Under the pieces are notes generated by a model. The model did no database searches, was not told where the DNA came from, and worked only from the letters and a program-made list of their open reading frames with translations. Positions 33,047 to 41,012 of a stretch of 51,529 bases of DNA are shown piece after piece. The stretch is from assembly GCA_016206165.1 (NCBI GenBank), contig JACQSD010000018.1, positions 1 through 51,529 on the forward strand, given 5' to 3'. The position numbers and the translations under genes are program-made. Each line of letters starts with the position of its first letter. Position 1 is the first letter of the stretch. The stretch is from Candidatus Uhrbacteria bacterium. GTDB taxonomy: Bacteria; Patescibacteriota; Patescibacteriia; JACQSD01.

Positions 33047-34576
33047 ATGAATATTTCACGTACTGAACCAGCAGATTTAATTTGTAACGGTACGAGCGCA
33101 CAATGTTTACGATGGATCTGTTGTGGTATTCTTGTGGGAGTTGTTGCAGCAACGTTTATTCCGTGGCTGTGGTCAATTGATCCATGGTTGATTGCGAGCA
33201 CCGCTCTTGGTGTTTTTTTGTTTGCCATAGTTTTTTCTGATCGACGGAGCATATATTTTCTTTTTCTCGCCTTCCTTTTGCTTGGTGTTGCTCGTTTTGT
33301 CACAATGCTTCCGCATTCAACAACCACCGCGATTGATCGCAGGGGAGTTGTTCAACGTGTGCAACCTGAACGTTTCGGAGCGGTGAGTCTTGTCGTCGAT
33401 TTTGGAGACGCAGAGAAGCTGCTTGTCCGTTCGGTGCGTGGCACATTCACGTACGGAGACGCGGTGCGCGTTGTTTGTATTCCGGGAATGATTGAAGATA
33501 TACGGGGAGCACCACTCGACTTTTCACTCGCAAGCCGCGGAGTATTTTTTGAGTGCGCGGAGAGCCGGATTACTTTGCTTGACCACAATGAAGGAAATCC
33601 CGTGTTCCATGCGCTCTATCGCTTCCGTGATACGTTGCAGCGTGTGACACATCGTTTTCTTTCTGAACCAGCATCGAGTCTTTTTTCTGGGATTCTCTTG
33701 GGAATTCAGGAAACGATTCCCACACCACTCAAACAGGCATTTGTGCGAACGAGCCTCGTGCATATTCTTGTTGTCTCTGGATCGCATATGGTCATCCTTA
33801 GCGAATATCTCACCCTCTTTTTTCTCCTCTTTGGATTCTCTCCACGCGTCCGAGGAATATTAACGCTCGTTATTCTTTTTCTTTTTGTCGCATCCATTGG
33901 GTTTCCGGCAAGTGCGGTGCGCGGGCTTTGGTTTGCGGTACTGCTTACCCTTGCAATGATCCTTGGGCGCATGCGTGTGGTGACGACCGCGCTTCTTGGT
34001 ACCGCAGGAATCATGATATTGTGGAATCCTTTTTTGATTCGCGACCTCGGATTCCAACTTTCATTCCTCGCAACAATTGGTATCGGGATTGTTGCCCCGC
34101 GTGTCGAGCTTTTGTGGGAGCGTTTTCGCGCGTGGCTCGCAACGTGGCGGAGTGCGCCATCCGCACACAAAAAGCGTAAAAAGACCTGGTTCCATGAAGT
34201 CGTTCTGCGCCCATGCGTACAATTTTTTTCACAAACGACGTTTGCGACGATTGGGGCAATCATCATGACCGCTCCACTCATCGCATCGACATTTGGTCAA
34301 TTCTCCATTGTCGCTCCATTTGCGAATGTCATCGTGCTTTGGATACTCCAACCGATGATGGCGCTTGGGATCATCTTTCTGCTCGTTGCATGGGTAACGC
34401 CGCTCGCGTGGATCATTGCGAGCATACTCATTGCGCTCTTACAACTCATTGTGATCGTTGTCCAATTTTTTGGATCATTTCCGTTCGCGCAAATCACCAT
34501 GGAGCGATCATGGATGATCAGCATTGTTCTCTATAGTGTAATATTTTTATGGATCAGGAAAAGCAATCCGCGATAG
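33047..34576 (+). CDS. comEC: ComEC/Rec2 DNA-uptake channel, DUF4131 + Competence domains only
   Basis: Polytopic protein: SLFSGILLGIQETIP..LKQAFVRTSLVHILVVSGSHM...GFQLSFLATIGI. Confidence 0.85.
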   Translation: MNISRTEPADLICNGTSAQCLRWICCGILVGVVAATFIPWLWSIDPWLIASTALGVFLFAIVFSDRRSIYFLFLAFLLLGVARFVTMLPHSTTTAIDRRGVVQRVQPERFGAVSLVVDFGDAEKLLVRSVRGTFTYGDAVRVVCIPGMIEDIRGAPLDFSLASRGVFFECAESRITLLDHNEGNPVFHALYRFRDTLQRVTHRFLSEPASSLFSGILLGIQETIPTPLKQAFVRTSLVHILVVSGSHMVILSEYLTLFFLLFGFSPRVRGILTLVILFLFVASIGFPASAVRGLWFAVLLTLAMILGRMRVVTTALLGTAGIMILWNPFLIRDLGFQLSFLATIGIGIVAPRVELLWERFRAWLATWRSAPSAHKKRKKTWFHEVVLRPCVQFFSQTTFATIGAIIMTAPLIASTFGQFSIVAPFANVIVLWILQPMMALGIIFLLVAWVTPLAWIIASILIALLQLIVIVVQFFGSFPFAQITMERSWMISIVLYSVIFLWIRKSNPR

Positions 34577-35469
34577 TGAGTGGAATGCGATGGGTTTCCA
34601 CATGGGCGCGGCAACGAAAAACACACACGATGCTCATCATCGTGGGATGTATGCTCCTCCTCACCCTTGCGACACTTGGGTATGATGGTGTTCGCGTTCT
34701 CCGCGATCGTGGAAAACTCGTGGTGTATAGCCTCGATGTCGGGCAAGGAGATGCGCTCTTCGTTCGGTTCCCGAATGCAACGACGATGCTTATTGATAGC
34801 GGGCCTGATGGGAGCGTCGTTGAGCAGCTCGGGAGCGTCCTTCCATTTTGGGAGCGACACATTGATACGATTGTGCTCACACACCCACAAGCAGATCATG
34901 TCGGTGGATTGCCGTCCGTCTTCGAGCGGTATTCGATTGGTCGCGTGGTTATGACTGGTGTTTTGCATACCACGCCAGAGTATCTTGAGTTGCTCCAACA
35001 AATTCGTGATACTCGTACGCCAACAACGATCGTTGATCACCCGTTTGTGGAAACAGTCGGTTCGGTGCGTCTTGAATATCTGTGGCCACGAACATCAATT
35101 GCAAAGCGCAGTGTTCCGGAGTTGAACAATACGTCGATTATCCTGCGCATGGTCTATGGCGACACATCTTTTTTATTCACCGGAGATGCGGAATCGGTCG
35201 TTGAAGATGCGCTTTTTGCGAGTCGCCAGAAGCTAGAAGCTACCGTGCTCAAGATTGGGCATCATGGGAGTGATACATCCACGAGCCAGGCATTTCTTGA
35301 TGCAGTACACCCCGAGTTCGCGATGATTTCTGTCGGTCGAAAGAATAAATTTGGTCATCCCTCGCGTCGTATTCTCCGTCGTCTCGCCCGCGCTGGTGTC
35401 GAAGTCCATCGCACAGACAAAGAGGGGAGAATTCGGTTCGTGAGCGATGGGACACGCGTAACGCAGTAA
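34549..35469 (+). CDS. comEC: ComEC C-terminal metallo-beta-lactamase domain encoded as a separate overlapping ORF
   Basis: TM helix, then LDVGQGDALFV, THPQADHVGGL, FTGD, GHHGS. The ORF is in a different frame and overlaps the upstream ORF by 28 nt. Confidence 0.85.
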   Translation: MDQEKQSAIVSGMRWVSTWARQRKTHTMLIIVGCMLLLTLATLGYDGVRVLRDRGKLVVYSLDVGQGDALFVRFPNATTMLIDSGPDGSVVEQLGSVLPFWERHIDTIVLTHPQADHVGGLPSVFERYSIGRVVMTGVLHTTPEYLELLQQIRDTRTPTTIVDHPFVETVGSVRLEYLWPRTSIAKRSVPELNNTSIILRMVYGDTSFLFTGDAESVVEDALFASRQKLEATVLKIGHHGSDTSTSQAFLDAVHPEFAMISVGRKNKFGHPSRRILRRLARAGVEVHRTDKEGRIRFVSDGTRVTQ

Positions 35470-35561
35470 CAATCCTTTACAGAAAGAGGAAAGATTGCTA
35501 CTCTCTCCTCGTACTGGTTATCGAACGCACATCACAACAACCCATGGGAGAGGAGATTGTC

Positions 35562-35777
35562 ATGAGTATACGATTCGTGTATGTAGGAAACAGGAAATCG
35601 CGAGGGGCGCTTTCGGATCCGAAGGCTCTACCCGTTGATCAGGCGCAGAAGGCGTCGCGCATCACCGGGGGTTGTTCCTCCACGTTTACTGTCAGCAGTC
35701 TGGACTGTCCGCTTTGCCTCCGGTATCCCGGATTCGAGGAAGACATTGCCCTCGACCTCGATATGGGCTGGTTCTAA
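35562..35777 (+). CDS. hypothetical 71-aa protein (cassette 1, gene 1)
   Basis: GGAGAGGAG lies 7 nt before ATG 35562. No family recognised. A competing antisense 180-aa ORF is Arg-rich. Confidence 0.35.
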   Translation: MSIRFVYVGNRKSRGALSDPKALPVDQAQKASRITGGCSSTFTVSSLDCPLCLRYPGFEEDIALDLDMGWF

Positions 35778-35801
35778 GCCCACAAGGAAAGGAAACGAAA
35801 G

Positions 35802-35990
35802 ATGAAGCCTTCGGATAAGGAAGATGGAAAGGATGCTCCGGAGCATGGACTCCGTGCGGTCGCGCGAGCCCTCAAGGAGATGCCGAGAGATCCCGGTCCT
35901 ATCGAGGAAACGGTGCATGTGTCGGACGGATTCCATACCTTCTACCACGGCCCCGTCAGCGGCTGTCCTTCGCACTTTCTCGATCCATGA
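35802..35990 (+). CDS. hypothetical 62-aa protein (cassette 1, gene 2)
   Basis: AAGGAAAGGAAA precedes ATG 35802. The gene ends 18 nt before the 110-nt 3' module. Confidence 0.3.
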   Translation: MKPSDKEDGKDAPEHGLRAVARALKEMPRDPGPIEETVHVSDGFHTFYHGPVSGCPSHFLDP

Positions 35991-36007
35991 TCGATGAGAC
36001 TCGTCAC

Positions 36008-36117
36008 GAAGAGGCCCGGTTTCTTCGTGCCCCACAACACCCTCGCAACGACGAGGGTCATCGGCCACAGACATCAACCGCCGGCTTCTCATGGAGAGGA
36101 GCCGGCTTTCTTTTTTC
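36008..36117 (+). repeat. ~110-nt 3' module, copy A: conserved hairpin ACCCTCG/CGAGGGT + intrinsic terminator
   Basis: ..CTTCGTGCCCCACAACACCCTCGCAACGACGAGGGTCA..CAACCGCCGGCTTCTCatgGAGAGGAGCCGGCtTTCTTTTTTC. About 80 percent identical to 38084-38195. Confidence 0.8.
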
Positions 36118-36400
36118 ACTTTCAAGAGATAATGGAAAATTCGTAAGGCTGAAAATTGAGTCTTGGGCAATATCGACTAGGGTATAGAGTGATTGTCTAT
36201 ACTGCGGCTATAGTCAAACGTCTCAATGCCATCCTGATCTCAACAATCCACAACCAATACCAGCGGTTTTCTTAGAGATGCTGCAACAAGTCAGAATAAC
36301 AACCTCGTAAAACAGCCTTACAGATTTACCATTAGACCCACTTCAACATCATTGTAGCTACAAAGTATACACTGCCCATACACTGCTCAATAGTGAGAAA

Positions 36401-36438
36401 AACGAAAAAACACTTTATGTCCGGTCGGACATAAAGTG
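36401..36438 (-). terminator. palindrome family copy 2 (CACTTTATGTCCG GT CGGACATAAAGTG) followed by TTTTTTCGTT on the minus strand: intrinsic terminator of the regulator gene
   Basis: 13-bp perfect arms at 36411-36438. The minus-strand U-tract comes from 36401-36410. Confidence 0.7.
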
Positions 36439-36487
36439 AAAATGATGCATTTGTCATCAGTACAATAGTGGAAGAGTTTTTTGGTGT

Positions 36488-37054
36488 TTATTGCATCGAT
36501 ACATTGTGTGCGCGGAAGACGCGCACCCAGCGTTCACTTTTTGTATCTCTGATAAACTCTCGCATTGCGTCGAGGACGTCGCATCCGTGCATCCAGACAC
36601 TCTTTTGGAGTTGCGTAAATTTGCACTGTTTCAGGAAGAGACGAAATTGACGCCGTACGCGCCGCTCCCGTTCTGGAACATCAAAGATAACAATGATACA
36701 TTCATTGCTCATGCACGCCGGTGCGGTATGCATGCGCTCCTTTAGCACGAGATGTTTTCCTTTCTCGGTGAGGGCAATATAGACACGCTTCCCCACACGT
36801 CGCTCCTCAATCCACCGTCGCTCTTTTAGTTTTTCGAGGAGCATTTTTTGATACCGTTGTTCGTCGTGAGCCCAGAATTCCCGGACGCGGTCGATATCAC
36901 CGTGGGTAAGTATTTTCCTGTCTCTTGGTGAGAGGAGTGCAAGGTTGACATCAACAAAGTTGACGAGCCCGCGGTGCATACATCTCGCGAGTGCCACGAG
37001 GAATTGCTTTGCTATCGATGGAGTCCTTTTTTTCTGTGGAGAATGGTTTTTCAT
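36488..37054 (-). CDS. winged-helix + Cas2-like/PaaX-like ferredoxin-fold domain transcriptional regulator
   Basis: wHTH LLEKLKERRWIEERRVGKRVYIALTEKGKHLV. The C-terminal CIIVIFDVPERERRVRRQFRLFLKQCKFTQLQKSVWMH..ERWVRVFRA has a beta-alpha-beta pattern as in Cas2/PaaX. Start set at MKNHSPQ (37054), since the ORF extension crosses the palindrome. Confidence 0.6.
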   Translation of the reverse strand: MKNHSPQKKRTPSIAKQFLVALARCMHRGLVNFVDVNLALLSPRDRKILTHGDIDRVREFWAHDEQRYQKMLLEKLKERRWIEERRVGKRVYIALTEKGKHLVLKERMHTAPACMSNECIIVIFDVPERERRVRRQFRLFLKQCKFTQLQKSVWMHGCDVLDAMREFIRDTKSERWVRVFRAHNVSMQ

Positions 37055-37068
37055 ATTATTTTCAAAAC

Positions 37069-37084
37069 ATGTCCGGTCGGACAT
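37069..37084. promoter_or_regulatory. palindrome family copy 3 (core only, ATGTCCG GT CGGACAT), 14 nt upstream of the regulator start codon: candidate operator
   Basis: Lies between a TTTACA/TACTAT-like promoter and ATG 37054 on the minus strand. Confidence 0.45.
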
Positions 37085-37250
37085 AAAATGATTATTCGTA
37101 TAGTATACATGAATCGTGGATGTAAATCTATCTCTTCGTTTTGGTGCCTCGTTCCCTGTATCGTTTATTGCTAAGAAGAACAAGGTTTGTTAGTATTGTG
37201 TTGTACTAGTCATTGAATGTACCTTCAATAACTCGTCGGAGGATAAGACA

Positions 37251-37661
37251 ATGTCGCCAAAAACGCGTAACGCGATTGGTTGGATGGTTCTCGGTGCCAT
37301 TGCGATCACGGGGATTATCTACTGCACATGGGGATCGCCGTACAGCACTACACCGTGGCTTCGGGTCGCCTTCAGTATGCTTATTATCTATGGAGTCACC
37401 TACGGCATCGCCATGAACGTCTCGTTTCGTCACACACTCGTAAAGTGCATTCCTATGGCAATATTCCTCATGTGCTATGCGGCGTGGTGGATGGTCGAGG
37501 AGGGAAAAGCGACGATACCACAACTTGCTATCGTCCTCGGCGGACTCGTTATCGTGTGTGCGATCGGCGGTCTTGCACTCTACTTTTTCTTCGAGTGGCT
37601 CGATCGCTACTCGTACGGCCTCACCGGTAACCAACGGAAACGGAAAGGGAAACCGTCATGA
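37251..37661 (+). CDS. hypothetical 4-TM membrane protein (cassette 2, gene 1)
   Basis: GGAGGA lies 7 nt before the ATG. Strongly hydrophobic helices and a basic tail (QRKRKGKPS). Confidence 0.6.
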   Translation: MSPKTRNAIGWMVLGAIAITGIIYCTWGSPYSTTPWLRVAFSMLIIYGVTYGIAMNVSFRHTLVKCIPMAIFLMCYAAWWMVEEGKATIPQLAIVLGGLVIVCAIGGLALYFFFEWLDRYSYGLTGNQRKRKGKPS

Positions 37662-38086
37662 CGAACGAACAGAAAGTCCCGTCACGCCGCTTCGAGATAT
37701 TCGCGATGATTTGCGGATTCATCGTTGTCGGTATCGTGATCGGTATACCACTCTTCGAGTACATCCTTAGTGGTACGTTGGATCCGCGAGGCCTCTCCGT
37801 CGTGCTCTTGTATAGCGCGGCGACCGCCATCATCGGTGCATGTATCATCGTTTTTGCAAACGAAGTCTTGTGGAAACGTTACCCACGGGCACCGAAGTAT
37901 GCCGCCGTCTTCTGCGGCGTCACTTTCATCAGCGCACTTCCCGTCAAGGCGCACTTCGAACCCAACGCCCCTATTACGTTCGTAACGCTAGGGTATGCGG
38001 CGATAGTCGGGATCGCGTGTTGTATTCTCTTCGCCGTATTGAGCGCGATTTTCCGCCGCACTCGATCCGCATCGCGTAGTCACTAA
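37658..38086 (+). CDS. hypothetical 4-TM membrane protein (cassette 2, gene 2)
   Basis: ATGA start/stop overlap with the upstream gene. Hydrophobic helices. The stop lies inside copy B of the 3' module. Confidence 0.6.
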   Translation: MTNEQKVPSRRFEIFAMICGFIVVGIVIGIPLFEYILSGTLDPRGLSVVLLYSAATAIIGACIIVFANEVLWKRYPRAPKYAAVFCGVTFISALPVKAHFEPNAPITFVTLGYAAIVGIACCILFAVLSAIFRRTRSASRSH

Positions 38087-38195
38087 GAGGTCTGGCTTCT
38101 TCGTGCCCTACAACACCCTTCGCAATGACGAGGGTCACGAGTACGTAAACTTCAACCGCCGGCTTCTCGAAGAGAGGAGCCGGCATTCTTTTTTC
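38084..38195 (+). repeat. ~110-nt 3' module, copy B (hairpin + intrinsic terminator)
   Basis: ..CTTCGTGCCCTACAACACCCTTCGCAATGACGAGGGTCA..CAACCGCCGGCTTCTCgaaGAGAGGAGCCGGCaTTCTTTTTTC. Confidence 0.8.
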
Positions 38196-38257
38196 GTGAC
38201 ATGACATTGCAATTTTTACTGGTCATGGTATAGTGTATGTATTCATAATCTCAACAT

Positions 38258-38470
38258 ATGCAGACACAAAAAGACAATCAGATTAATCATGATTTGCGCG
38301 ATATATTAAAACCCTATGCGAACCAATGGGTGGCATTAAGTCGTGATCGTACAAAGGTGGTCAGTGCAGGCATGACATTGAAAGAAGTGATGCGTAAGAT
38401 AAAAAGAAATGATTGTTTACTGATGAAGGTGTTTCCTTCTGATTCTTTTTATCTTCCATTGAGTTCATGA
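38258..38470 (+). CDS. DUF5678-like small protein (antitoxin-like partner)
   Basis: LKPYANQWVALSRDRTKVVSAGMTLKEVMRKI is the DUF5678 pattern. TGgTATAGT extended -10 lies 23 nt upstream. Confidence 0.6.
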   Translation: MQTQKDNQINHDLRDILKPYANQWVALSRDRTKVVSAGMTLKEVMRKIKRNDCLLMKVFPSDSFYLPLSS

Positions 38471-38883
38471 AGTATCGCTATTCTACGTTAGCGCCAGTCG
38501 ATCTTAATGCAAAGTGGACGAAAAGACCAATGTTGCAGATCGAGGTTTTTGGCGCCCAGGAAAGTAGAAGTTTTGAGGCGCTCATTGACTCTGGTGCAGA
38601 TATTTCATTGTTTAATACGGAGATTGCAGAAGTCCTTGGTATTGAAGTGTCATCTACGCACGAAAGAAAGTTCACTGGTATTAGTGGAACGATTCCGGGG
38701 TATTTGGTAGAAAATGTAAAAATAAGAATCGATGGGATCAATGATTCGCTTTTTATCCCGGTATGTTTTGTACAAAGTCCCACGGTAGGACTTTTATTGG
38801 GAGGAGAGGGTTTCTTTGACCAGTGCCGAATTAAATTCGAGAAACATCACGACACCTTTGAGGTTGATCTCGTTCGAAAATAA
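38467..38883 (+). CDS. retropepsin-like aspartic protease
   Basis: ALIDSGADISLF (D-S-G-A active-site motif), LLGGEGFF flap-like C-terminus, and an ATGA overlap with the upstream gene. Confidence 0.7.
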   Translation: MKYRYSTLAPVDLNAKWTKRPMLQIEVFGAQESRSFEALIDSGADISLFNTEIAEVLGIEVSSTHERKFTGISGTIPGYLVENVKIRIDGINDSLFIPVCFVQSPTVGLLLGGEGFFDQCRIKFEKHHDTFEVDLVRK

Positions 38884-38906
38884 TTTTTAACACTTGATTA
38901 TTGACT

Positions 38907-39485
38907 ATGCAACATCCAAAACACGAACGGACGTATGTGATGGTGAAGCCAGACGGCGTGCGTCGTGGCTTGACAGGCGAGATTATTAAACGGATTGAGC
39001 AACGGGGGCTGAAGATTGTGGCGCTCAAAATGTTCCAAGCGAAAAAGGAACAGATCGATAATCATTACCCAAAAGACGAGACGTGGATTGCGCGTCTCGG
39101 AAAGAAGACACTCTCGACGTACGAGAAGTACGGGTTTGATCCGATTGCAGAACTTGGAACAAAGGACGAGCTGACAATCGGGAAGATGGTGCGCGCATGG
39201 CTTGTTGATTACATGGTTTCCGCACCGATCGTGAAAATTGTTGTTGAGGGTGTGCACGCGGTGGACATGATTCGGAAGCTTGCGGGAAATACGCAACCAA
39301 GCCTTGCTGAAATGGGCACACTCCGTGGCGATTACTCGGTCGATTCCGCAGCGTCCGCAAATCGCGATAAGCGTGCAATTTATAATCTGCTCCACGCATC
39401 AGAAACAGCCGAGGAAGCAAGCCACGAGATTGGCTACTGGCTTTCACCGGAAGACGTTTGCGAATATAAACGCATGGATGAGTAG
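38907..39485 (+). CDS. ndk: nucleoside diphosphate kinase with a ~45-aa insertion
   Basis: ERTYVMVKPDGVRRGLTGEIIKRIEQRGLKIVALKM and NLLHASE (active-site His). ATG at 38907; the ORF opens at TTG 38901. Confidence 0.85.
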   Translation: MQHPKHERTYVMVKPDGVRRGLTGEIIKRIEQRGLKIVALKMFQAKKEQIDNHYPKDETWIARLGKKTLSTYEKYGFDPIAELGTKDELTIGKMVRAWLVDYMVSAPIVKIVVEGVHAVDMIRKLAGNTQPSLAEMGTLRGDYSVDSAASANRDKRAIYNLLHASETAEEASHEIGYWLSPEDVCEYKRMDE

Positions 39486-39554
39486 TGAAACATTCAAAGA
39501 CAATCAAAACGCCTACCCTGATGATGTATTTCGGGGTAGGCGTTTCTTTTTAAA

Positions 39555-39600
39555 ACCTCACCCGGCAACCTCACCCCAACCCTCTCCTAAAAGGAGAGGG
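39555..39600. repeat. (ACCTCACCC)x2 + CCCTCTCCT-N3-AGGAGAGGG hairpin element, copy 4, between convergent ndk and the pil operon
   Basis: ACCTCACCCggcaACCTCACCCCAA CCCTCTCCT aaa AGGAGAGGG. An extra GAGGAGAGGGG half-site follows at 39612-39622. Confidence 0.85.
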
Positions 39601-39625
39601 AGGGTTGTGTTGAGGAGAGGGGATT

Positions 39626-39889
39626 TTATTTGAACGGGTTGTTTATTTTTTTAGGATCAAGCGGAGGGAGTGCGGCTTGCCATGTGAGGCGCTCGATGAT
39701 TTTTTTTGTCCGTGCCTCATCAATTTCAACGAGTGTCACTTCGCCACGGAGATCGGCAATGCGCTGTGTGAACGTCACTGAATGGTAATACGATCGGTAG
39801 AGGAAGAGTGCGAGCGCAACAATCGAAAGAATGACACCAATAAGTGCAATGATTGCCCCTCGAGTTATCCATCGGTAAAGAGTGTTCAT
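39626..39889 (-). CDS. small single-TM protein, last gene of the pilMNO operon
   Basis: TM helix GAIIALIGVILSIVALALFLY. 4-nt overlap with the upstream pilO-like gene. Confidence 0.55.
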   Translation of the reverse strand: MNTLYRWITRGAIIALIGVILSIVALALFLYRSYYHSVTFTQRIADLRGEVTLVEIDEARTKKIIERLTWQAALPPLDPKKINNPFK

Positions 39890-40470
39890 TTCTTTTGCCA
39901 GAGCGTGCCCGTGAGACGGACAAGGACGTGGCCTTTCTGTTGATTCGTGAGCCCAATGTCGGTGAGCGGAGTTTTCTCAATAAATGACCATTGCTCGATT
40001 GTGTAAAAAAGTGGCAACCGTTCGATCGATCGGAGATACTGGAGCACATTGGGGAACGGTCCATCAATGGAGAGATCGAGTGGGAACGGTTTTGTTCCTT
40101 CTGGTGCACGCACACTCGGGCTTGCTTGCCCGAATGCGATTGTTTTTGTTACGTTTGCGCGTCCAGCGAGCGTTTCGAGTTCAGTGATGAGATTTAATAC
40201 ATCGCTTTCCTTGATGAAACGTTGCTCCCAGGTGGAGAGCATTGGTGCATGTTTTTCGTATGTCGTTTTGAGTTTATTTAACTGTGCGCCGCGCGCATAC
40301 CGCGTTTCAAGATCACGCATGCGTGCATCAACCGCGCCCTGCAATGCAGCAATCTCATTGATCGACGGAGCAATAAAAAGGATGACAACAATAATTTCGA
40401 TGGTGAGTAATACTCCAACAATCGTGATCATGCGGAGATGCCTTGGGATTGATGGAATGCGTATGTTCAT
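39886..40470 (-). CDS. pilO: type IV pilus assembly protein PilO-like
   Basis: N-terminal TM helix, coiled coil (INEIAALQGAVDARMRDLETRY), C-terminal ferredoxin-like part. Position after pilN supports the call. Confidence 0.65.
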   Translation of the reverse strand: MNIRIPSIPRHLRMITIVGVLLTIEIIVVILFIAPSINEIAALQGAVDARMRDLETRYARGAQLNKLKTTYEKHAPMLSTWEQRFIKESDVLNLITELETLAGRANVTKTIAFGQASPSVRAPEGTKPFPLDLSIDGPFPNVLQYLRSIERLPLFYTIEQWSFIEKTPLTDIGLTNQQKGHVLVRLTGTLWQKK

Positions 40471-41012
40471 AACGCTTTTTGAGGGGTGAATTCTGGCCGC
40501 ACAGTTGCACGGATTTCAAATGGTACAGACACCGGGGTGAGGAGATTCGTATTTGGGAATTCGAGTGCGCCGACCCACGGGCTTTGCTCAAGTCGGTTTT
40601 TGAATTCAAGGAGATCATTCCGTGTTGCGGCGATTCCGCGAATCGTCAGTTTTTTATCCTGTTCCATCGCAAGTGCAGAAAGGTGAATAGTATTTGGTAC
40701 GCGCGTGACAAGATCCTCCACGATGAGTGACCATGGGAATGAGCGCTCGGAAACCGTATCGATTGTACGGACAAGCGTATTGAATGATTGCACCTGCCCC
40801 TCAAGTGTCGTGACGATTGCGTCTGCAGCGCGTGGTGGTTGTACAATTTGTTCAACGCGATTGCGGAGAGACGTGCGCGCAATGACAAGAATGAGTGCGA
40901 CCGCTCCGGTGATCGCGAGGAGCACCTCGAAGAAGCCAACAAGAAAACGCGCGCTCTGTACAAGTTCGTATTCGATGCGTTTTTTTGGAGGGAGTATGTT
41001 CAAGAGAATCAT
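40467..41012 (-). CDS. pilN: type IV pilus assembly protein PilN-like
   Basis: MILLNILPPKKR, then a TM helix and coiled coil. Overlaps pilM and pilO by 4 nt each. Confidence 0.7.
   Translation of the reverse strand: MILLNILPPKKRIEYELVQSARFLVGFFEVLLAITGAVALILVIARTSLRNRVEQIVQPPRAADAIVTTLEGQVQSFNTLVRTIDTVSERSFPWSLIVEDLVTRVPNTIHLSALAMEQDKKLTIRGIAATRNDLLEFKNRLEQSPWVGALEFPNTNLLTPVSVPFEIRATVRPEFTPQKAL

Noticed and set aside
35628-36170. 180-aa minus-strand ORF covering cassette 1 and its 3' module
   Set aside because: It is Arg/Ser-rich with low complexity, as expected for the antisense strand of GC-rich sequence. It runs through the terminator hairpin. The plus-strand small ORFs have proper Shine-Dalgarno sites. 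It cannot be excluded without comparative data.
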